A stretch of 63,241 nt of DNA, filler included, from Licmophora abbreviata (taxonomy: Eukaryota): NCBI GenBank assembly GCA_900291995.1. It is 9 parts of 9 records of this genome, joined end to end, with 100 filler letters (N's around TTAATTAATTAA, not from the genome) between each part and the next. Parts side by side here need not be neighbours in the genome. Positions count along the whole stretch, not along the records: positions 54,861 to 58,566 come from OLMU01002456.1; positions 58,667 to 60,794 come from OLMU01002457.1; positions 60,895 to 63,241 come from OLMU01002461.1; 6 more parts are not named here. One strand, given 5' to 3'. Shown piece after piece: positions 56,451 to 63,241 of the stretch. Position 1 is the first letter of the stretch; each line of letters opens with the position of its first letter. Under the pieces are notes generated by a model. The model saw only the letters and a list, made by a program, of their open reading frames with translations. It did no database searches and had not been told where the DNA came from. The position numbers were made by a program, and so were the translations under genes.

Positions 56451-57418
56451 CTAGCTATCCTTGCTAGCGGACAGGTTCAACACACGCTTGAGCTCATCGA
56501 GACCTTCGCAAGCTTCGATCTTCTCAACCAGACATTCGTCCTCCAAAGAGCCACCCATGGCATTCTCGTAGTTTCGCGCGGCGCCAACCTCCTCGACCGT
56601 CTCCCACGCCAGCTTGGCCTCGTTCGAGTCGGTGCCAAACTTCTCCGAGGCGTTTTTGGCAGCCTGCACGGCGGAACGCATAGCAGGCGAGTCAGCACCG
56701 GCCTTGACTTCTGGAGTGGCCAATCGGATGGTCTGAATCTCCTCCACAAGCGTCTTGGCGCGATCCTTCTTGGGTGCGAAATCGATATCCTCCATGATAG
56801 CGGCGAGTTCAATCAACTTTGAGTGATAGTCATTGCAGGCTTCCGAGTTGTCGACCAAGCACTCCTCCTCTGAGACACCACCTGTGAATGCGTTACTAAA
56901 AGGAGAACAAGAAGAACGTCCCATGTGAGTACAGGCGTGATCGATACGTAAGCCTCGCGCTTTCATTGCACCACGAAAAGAGTTCTGAACGTTCTTGAAA
57001 AAGATATAGATTCCTCGTGAATACTGATAAATCTACGCCACTCTACACACAGAGGGAATCTCACTCGACATGCCGATCCAACCCACGAGAACCGCGGCTG
57101 GCGGATACCAGTCGGTGTTTTTCTCCATCACCGCCGTGATGCTCTCGTTCCACCCATTCCACCCCTCTTAGACTACTCCACAGACATCCGGGCTTACCTG
57201 TTATCACTGGAGTCCATTTCCTCGACGGCTTCCCACGCGATACGAGCCTCCTTGCTTGTCGCTCCGTACTTTTTGGACGCCGCAAGGGCAGCCTCGACTT
57301 CTTGCGACGTATCCGGTCGCGCTGCGAACAGACGAAGGCTCGTTCGCACACCGAAGGGCGATGGCGCCACGAAGGCTTGGGCCGAAGAGGCGAGAAGGGC
57401 AAAGACACTCAACTTCAT
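56451..57418 (-). CDS. Plastid-targeted tandem double CP12-domain protein; exons 57418-57198 and 56895-56451, 221 aa
   Basis: Presequence ASSAQAF; cores AWEAVEEM and AWETVEEV, each followed by EC-x7-C. Confidence 0.88.
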
Positions 57419-58174
57419 CGTGATGGGATCTTTTGGGTTCGGCGCCGGTGTCTTTTCTTTTGGTGTGTCTGCGCGCGACGAGTGGTGCGGAGATCGATTC
57501 CCTGCTTCCCGCTCCAGGTGGTCAGAAGGCGACGAACAGTTCTTCACGTCGACGTCCGTACGCTGTCCGTGATCAGAATGTGTAGCCTTCATCTTGCTCG
57601 TCTGTTTGGTCTCTGAAAGATACCACGGTTCGGCAGATCTCATCTTGATGGACGCGATAAACTCCTGGAGCTATCCTCATTCTCTGCTACAAAAGAAGAG
57701 ACACAACAACGTCCCTTGGTATGTTCAATCTTAATATCGCGCTCGCGCTCCCCCAATAAGATTCATTCGTAGCGAGCTCGTCCAAGTACGCGTCGAGGAC
57801 ATGGCTTCAGACGAGCGCGCCTAGGAGTACGACTACGCTGCTATCAACATAGAAAGAGAGAGTCTGACGATGGATGCAAGATTTCTATTCGGATATGGTG
57901 GGTGAAGAGGGTGACTTGGCAGTGCCATTGACTGCAAGCAAAATACAGATTGCAACCCTTCTCTAGTATCCATCGCAATACAGCACTGCATTGCGCAAAT
58001 CCACCACAACCACCAAACGGCCCGAATGTGTCATGTAAGAACATAAACAAAAAAGAACCTACCACATAGGCGTCTCTAGGAGATTTCCTACTACGAACAT
58101 ATGAAATATAAGTAACACGTTGCAAGTTGGATGTACATACAATCAATGACGTACTCAAACTATGTACTACAGAA

Positions 58175-59249
58175 TCAGCTATCAAAACTGCTCGAGCGTG
58201 ATGCCTTCATATCAAGCATTTCATGAATGCAGGATTCACGCTCTGGTGCAATGACGAGCAAGCCATCAATCAGCTTTCTTGCGCTGTCCGTCTTTTTCAT
58301 TGCCTCACTTCGAGATGGGGCTGGAAACTTTTCCCATTGTACTCTAGGTAGCAAAGCTGACGCGCCTCTCTTAATATCACAGGATTGGCCCGACTTGAAG
58401 GTGGATCGCCTGAAGTTGGACAAGTCGTTGTCGCATGCATCGTTGCTTTCCGATTCATCGTGTTGCACCACAAAAGTACTATTCGAGCGACGCCCTCCTT
58501 CCGGAAAGTCGACTTCGAGCTTGCCCGTTGTACTGCAGCTCGACAACGATCCACTGGCAATCGACGNNNNNNNNNNNNNNNNNNNNNNNNNNNNNNNNNN
58601 NNNNNNNNNNTTAATTAATTAANNNNNNNNNNNNNNNNNNNNNNNNNNNNNNNNNNNNNNNNNNNNCGGATGTCGTCAACGCGCGAAGTGATGTCTGTAA
58701 TGATGAAAGGGAATTATGAAACTTATCCCGCATGCTTCCGACGGATGGCTCTTGATCGGACGCCATAAGCTTGCTGCCACTCTGGAATGACGGCAGAGAC
58801 AATCGACGAAGAGGGCGACCTGACGAAGACGAAGCAATGGAGCAAGTATCACTCCCGTCAACACACGGAGGGCTCATATTCATACTCTTCCTTGAGCGCA
58901 AGGGCTGCGGCAACGACGATTTCTTTGCGCTTGTTCCGGCTGACCATGACTGATAGTGGGGTGCCTGCATCCCGAAGGTCTGACGAAGATTCGACAAGGA
59001 GCGAGTCATTCGCTGTCGGTTCCCGTTGCTTTCTTCAACTTCTTCTTGTGATTCTTCCTGCGACTGATTCAGATCAGCCTCATCCAAAGTGGCAATTGAG
59101 ACGCGTCTTTCCCGGAGGTACGATGCAGCGACTTGCCTGGCGGCCATGCTTGTTCGAGCGTTCTGTCCAATGAGATGACTCTGGATCTCTTTCCAATCCA
59201 GGTCATCGAGGGACGCTTGCGCATCATTGCAACCCTCAGGACTCTGCAT
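58175..59249 (-). CDS. Ser-rich hypothetical protein spanning a gap
   Basis: Open, similarly Ser-rich minus-strand frames lie on both sides of linker 58567-58666. Confidence 0.55.
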
Positions 59250-59811
59250 GGTGATGTGTAGATCTATGTGTACCTGGTATGCATGGTTTCAACCGCACAA
59301 TCGACGGAGTATAGTGCGAAAGGTGATGACAGTGACAAGAAGTTCAACCGGAACTCGTTCGGGACTGCAAGCACCCAATGGACTTTCTTCAATAAGTAAT
59401 CGACGTCATCAGTGACTGCTGCGACAAAAATGTGTTCGAGCTCTCAATCGATCTCCACCCAACCAAAACACAAAACATAACAAGGTCGGCCTGTCCCTCA
59501 TCAGACCACGACGCTGAAACAAGTCACACAATGAAGCCGAGATAGACTCTAATACGGCTGACCTAATACTGTTTGTCTCGTTTCCGTGTCTTGCGTTCTG
59601 ACTTCTTCGATAACTGACTGGGTTTCTGCCTCCTTCTTTCAAGGGGAAACTGAATAACGAAGCGAAGAAGCAGCGAACGACAAACATACACAAGTCTGTC
59701 GAGTTCCTCCAAGTAGCTTGTACAGTGTTGACGCTTCGCCAATCGACTTTTTATCGTTCGTCTACTCATCTATCAATCACACTAGGCCGACTTCCTGTGT
59801 CGTTCACCTGC

Positions 59812-60771
59812 ATGGGACGTGGAGACAAACGTAAAGCGTCCGCACAAGACAAGATGTGGTCCTCCGGTAGCTCTTCTTCTCGAAAGAGCAAATCCAAGAA
59901 GGGGTCGGTGAGTGATGCATGTACAGCATGCAGTGAGCACGACCGTCGAAACCCCATTCGTTTCTGAGTGCACTTGAACCATGTTCCCTAACAACAACGT
60001 GACCTTCCTCGTTGCCGTGTCTCCTTCTCAATACAGATTAACGAATCATCTGCCGAAAAGCTCTTTGCCGAGTTTTCCGATCCGGACGATCCAACGATTG
60101 CCAACATGGAGGGCATCTCCAAGCTCTGTGAAGAGCTGGACTTGGATCCCCTCGAGGACATTCGAGTACTTGTCTTGTTGTGGAAAATGGGCGCCAACGA
60201 GAAGCCTGCTCAAATTAGTAAAGAAGAAGTGAGTACGGCAGACATGACACGTACAAGACAAGTGTGCGCTTCATTCCATCGACCGATCACTCAACAAGTA
60301 CAATTATACGCTCGCACGCACTCACACATGACCTTTCTCTCTTTCTCTCTCTCTTTTGTTCAGTGGATGAAGGGCTGCCAAAAACTTCAGGTGGACTCTA
60401 TTCCAAAATTAAAAAAGCTGCTGCCCTCCCTCGACATTGGATTCCTCGATGGCGTTGATTTCAAGGACTTTTACAAATTTTGTTTTCAGTTCAATCGTCA
60501 AGGTACACATCGAACGCTTGACAAGGATTTGGTGGTGGCATTGCTCCAATTGGTGCTGAAGGATCGTGTTCCCAGCGATCGTCGTGATAGCTTTATCGCA
60601 TTCTTGGAGAGTTCCAGTGCGTACTCGCGCATCACTCTGGATCAATGGACTTCATTTTTGGATTTCTGTTTGGAATGTGAAGACTTAAGCAGCTACGACG
60701 AAGCCAGCTCGGCGTGGCCCGTGTTGATTGACGAGTATGTGGAGTACATGGAAGAGCAAGCGAAAAAGTGA
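59812..60771 (+). CDS. DCN1-like neddylation E3 (PONY domain); join(59812..59907,60037..60228,60364..60771)
   Basis: MEGISKLCEELDLDP, VLVLLWKMGA, FKDFYKFCFQF, ITLDQW, YDEASSAWPVLIDEYVE. Confidence 0.93.
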
Positions 60772-60894
60772 AGCACATCATCGAGCGTGTATCTNNNNNN
60801 NNNNNNNNNNNNNNNNNNNNNNNNNNNNNNNNNNNNNNTTAATTAATTAANNNNNNNNNNNNNNNNNNNNNNNNNNNNNNNNNNNNNNNNNNNN

Positions 60895-62902
60895 AAGCCC
60901 AACTCTCCTCGTTTGAATAGATCCTCCTCGTAACGCGCTCGGCCAGCCTTGTGAATATTCCAGGCACGATAAAGCTCGCGAGCCCGCTGGCTGCTCGGAG
61001 CACCAAACTCGTCGGTACCATACTTCATCTTCTCTAGACGGAATCGATCCGTTTTGTTGATGCCGTGATTCTGAGCCCACCAGCTACCTAAGAATGTACC
61101 GGTGATTGCGCCATCGGGATCTGGCACGAGGTGTTCAAGTTCCATTCCTTCGAGCAGTTTGTCACCGTGTCGCGCAAAGAAGCGCTTGCGCTCTGACTCG
61201 GCAATGAATTCGTCATGGACAGGACGAAGGGTGCTCAAATCCCGCAGTTTCTGCAGCTGTACGTCGTAGGGCAAACCCAGAAATATCTCGTGCGCTTCCC
61301 GTGCCTTTCGTTCGACGATGCTCTCATTCTCTGGAGCTTCTGGCAATCCTTTTTCCCGCATAGAATGTAGGAAAACTTCCGCCTCTGTTTCGTCCTTTAT
61401 ACTCTCCCAGAAATCGCGAGATTCGTCGCGTGAAGCGGGAGGTGATGCCAAAAGAGCCTTGCGAGTAGCTTCCAGGTCGACGTCCTCCCGCTCCTTGCCG
61501 CTGGCAACGGTATCAACAAACGTCTTGACGAATTCCTGAAAGGGTGGTGTGACAGTGGTATAGGAACAAGCATGAGAGAACCGACAGTCAAGCACAACAC
61601 GATACAACAAGAACTACAAAAGTCACATACCATGAATCCCTCTTGCTTCTCGCGGGCCCACAGTTTATACGGCGATTCGACATTCAAGGCACGCCACGTC
61701 TGCAGCTCATCCATTAGGCTGCTGACTGTGTCATCCAGCTGTTCGCCTTCCTGTTGATAGTCGTCCCAGAAAGAAGTCGTTTCCTCATCGTCTGCGCCAC
61801 CGAGTGTCGCCAGCAGGTCATCGATGCCTCGGTCAAGGGATGACCGTTCCTCCGACACTTGCTCGACGTCATCGCCTTGAGGGTTGGTTTCAGGAAAGAG
61901 CGATCGACGCACGGCAATCACATCGCGACCACGGCCAGCGAGAGATGGGTCGTTCCCTTCCAGCAACTGTTCCCATGTATCTTCACTGAGACCCAGGACA
62001 GAGCGTGCTATCCAGTGGTCGAGTGCAACCGTGGCTCCGACTGTCCACTCCCGATAAGGAACACCTTCCAGACGCTTGCTCCAAATGGTCATGGCCTGAA
62101 TAGCACGGGGATTTCCATACAAAATGGAAGGAACCGATGTCTCGTCTTTGCCATTATCGTCTGCAGTGTCCTCTGATTCGGCAAAGATAGGCTTGCGACG
62201 ATCAATCTTCGGTGCGTCGTCACCCCCATCGCCGACATTATCCAAGTTACTATTCTGCTGTTCGTTCGTCAAATCCGTCTTGATACGCCAATTCGCCGCC
62301 TGTGTAGCCTTGACATGACTTGTCCGACGCTCTTGCACGTCATCTTCCTTCAGGAGCTCCTCGACAATCTCGAAGCTCTCCTCCTCGGTCATATCCTGCA
62401 TGCGCATAACTTCGTACTGCTTGACGGCAAACGCATAGGCCTTGTTGAGCACAGTCGATTTCTGTCCCATGGCGGTAGTCTTGGAGGGCGGAGGGATGCC
62501 CAACAAGCGCTCATAGTAGTCTTCGACCGATGCAAGCCCGCCGTCCTGCGTTTGTTGCTTGGAGTGTTGCTGGTGTCGCTTGAGATACTTCCTGACCAAG
62601 CCGTCCGTCGGCAAGGAAGTCTTTTGTCGACTACGAAACTTCTTGGGCACCCTCGGAGGCGTCGGGAGAGGAGGATTGAGCTTGAGTATTTGATACTCCA
62701 CGGGAAAGTCGTCAATGGTGGCCCCTCGTGGACCGCGCCTTCGCTGCGGCTCAATGGGTCTGTCGCGATCGTCCATTTGTCGAAATGTCCCGGATTCGAC
62801 GGCCTGACGTATGTATCGCTCCAAGGGGGCGGGGCGCTTGAGGATGCGGCGCATTCCTCCCGAAGTGGACGCCAATTTATAGAGCTGGCTCGTGCTGTGC
62901 AT
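60895..62902 (-). CDS. Long protein with an N-terminal mitoribosomal mS23-like region; intron 61536-61630; 3' end lost in the gap
   Basis: LNPPLPTPP...LPTDGLVRKYLKRH...AYAFAVKQYEVMRMQDMTEEES; basic N-terminus. Confidence 0.6.
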
Positions 62903-63241
62903 GGTGACTGAGATACCTGTTTATAACTGAAGCAAGTGTATCATATCGTGCAGGTACTGATGTACCGATGGACACGATGACGGCCTCGCACTCGTGCTGT
63001 AAGAATGCTCATGGTGGGAGCAACCACAAACCACACAGCATCATATCCTGGCAACATCAGCCGAAAAAGCTCCAAACTGCCAGTAAACTGCACTTTTGTG
63101 CATTTTGCTATAAATGTTTTGTCAAAAACTAAACGCAGCGACGCACTGGCACCACATAACCTTATCGTAGATTTCCTAACAGAGTCACACATGAACACAC
63201 ACAGTGATGACAATGCCACTGCGTCGCACCACAGCCGTATC

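Noticed and set aside
55883..56454. Overlapping 125-140 aa ORFs between the hypothetical gene and CP12
   Set aside because: Non-ATG starts and no motifs; probably UTR or intergenic sequence.
7417..60894. Eight identical TTAATTAATTAA cores flanked by Ns, which could be mistaken for a repeat family or array
   Set aside because: These are artificial six-frame-stop scaffold linkers. ORFs ending in XXX-LIN are artefacts.
1..63241. Transposons, tRNA, rRNA, CRISPR arrays, prokaryotic operons
   Set aside because: No transposase or RT motifs, cloverleafs, rRNA-length matches or repeat-spacer arrays were seen. The DNA is intron-containing and eukaryotic.

Overview
Gene-dense eukaryotic nuclear DNA of about 50% GC, almost certainly from a diatom and probably a raphid pennate. 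Evidence: short GT-AG introns of about 75-300 nt, bipartite signal peptide + ASAF-like plastid presequences, and DUF6824 and other diatom-expanded families. It is a draft scaffold with eight artificial 100-nt linkers (N44-TTAATTAATTAA-N44). About 35 protein-coding genes can be built by hand. Housekeeping genes: RPS3, RPL36, RPL34, RPL26, eIF4G, Der/EngA, PepN, RecQ, DCN1. Regulators: E2F, SHAQKYF-MYB, a KIX-like protein, an HRN pseudokinase. Plastid or secreted proteins: fasciclin, RRM, DCC1, fibrillin-like, double CP12, META, LTD-like. The most unusual item is a plastid-targeted FIST sensor domain fused to an apparently catalytically dead indole-3-glycerol-phosphate synthase. Also notable: a tandem double-GH20 hexosaminidase, an MLO-like membrane protein with four fused EF-hands, divergent AVEN-like and mS23-like proteins, an E2F site upstream of the E2F gene, and a recurrent intergenic TACC(W)GGTA palindrome. 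No rRNA, tRNA, CRISPR array or intact transposon was recognised. All family assignments come from motif recognition by eye, not database searches.
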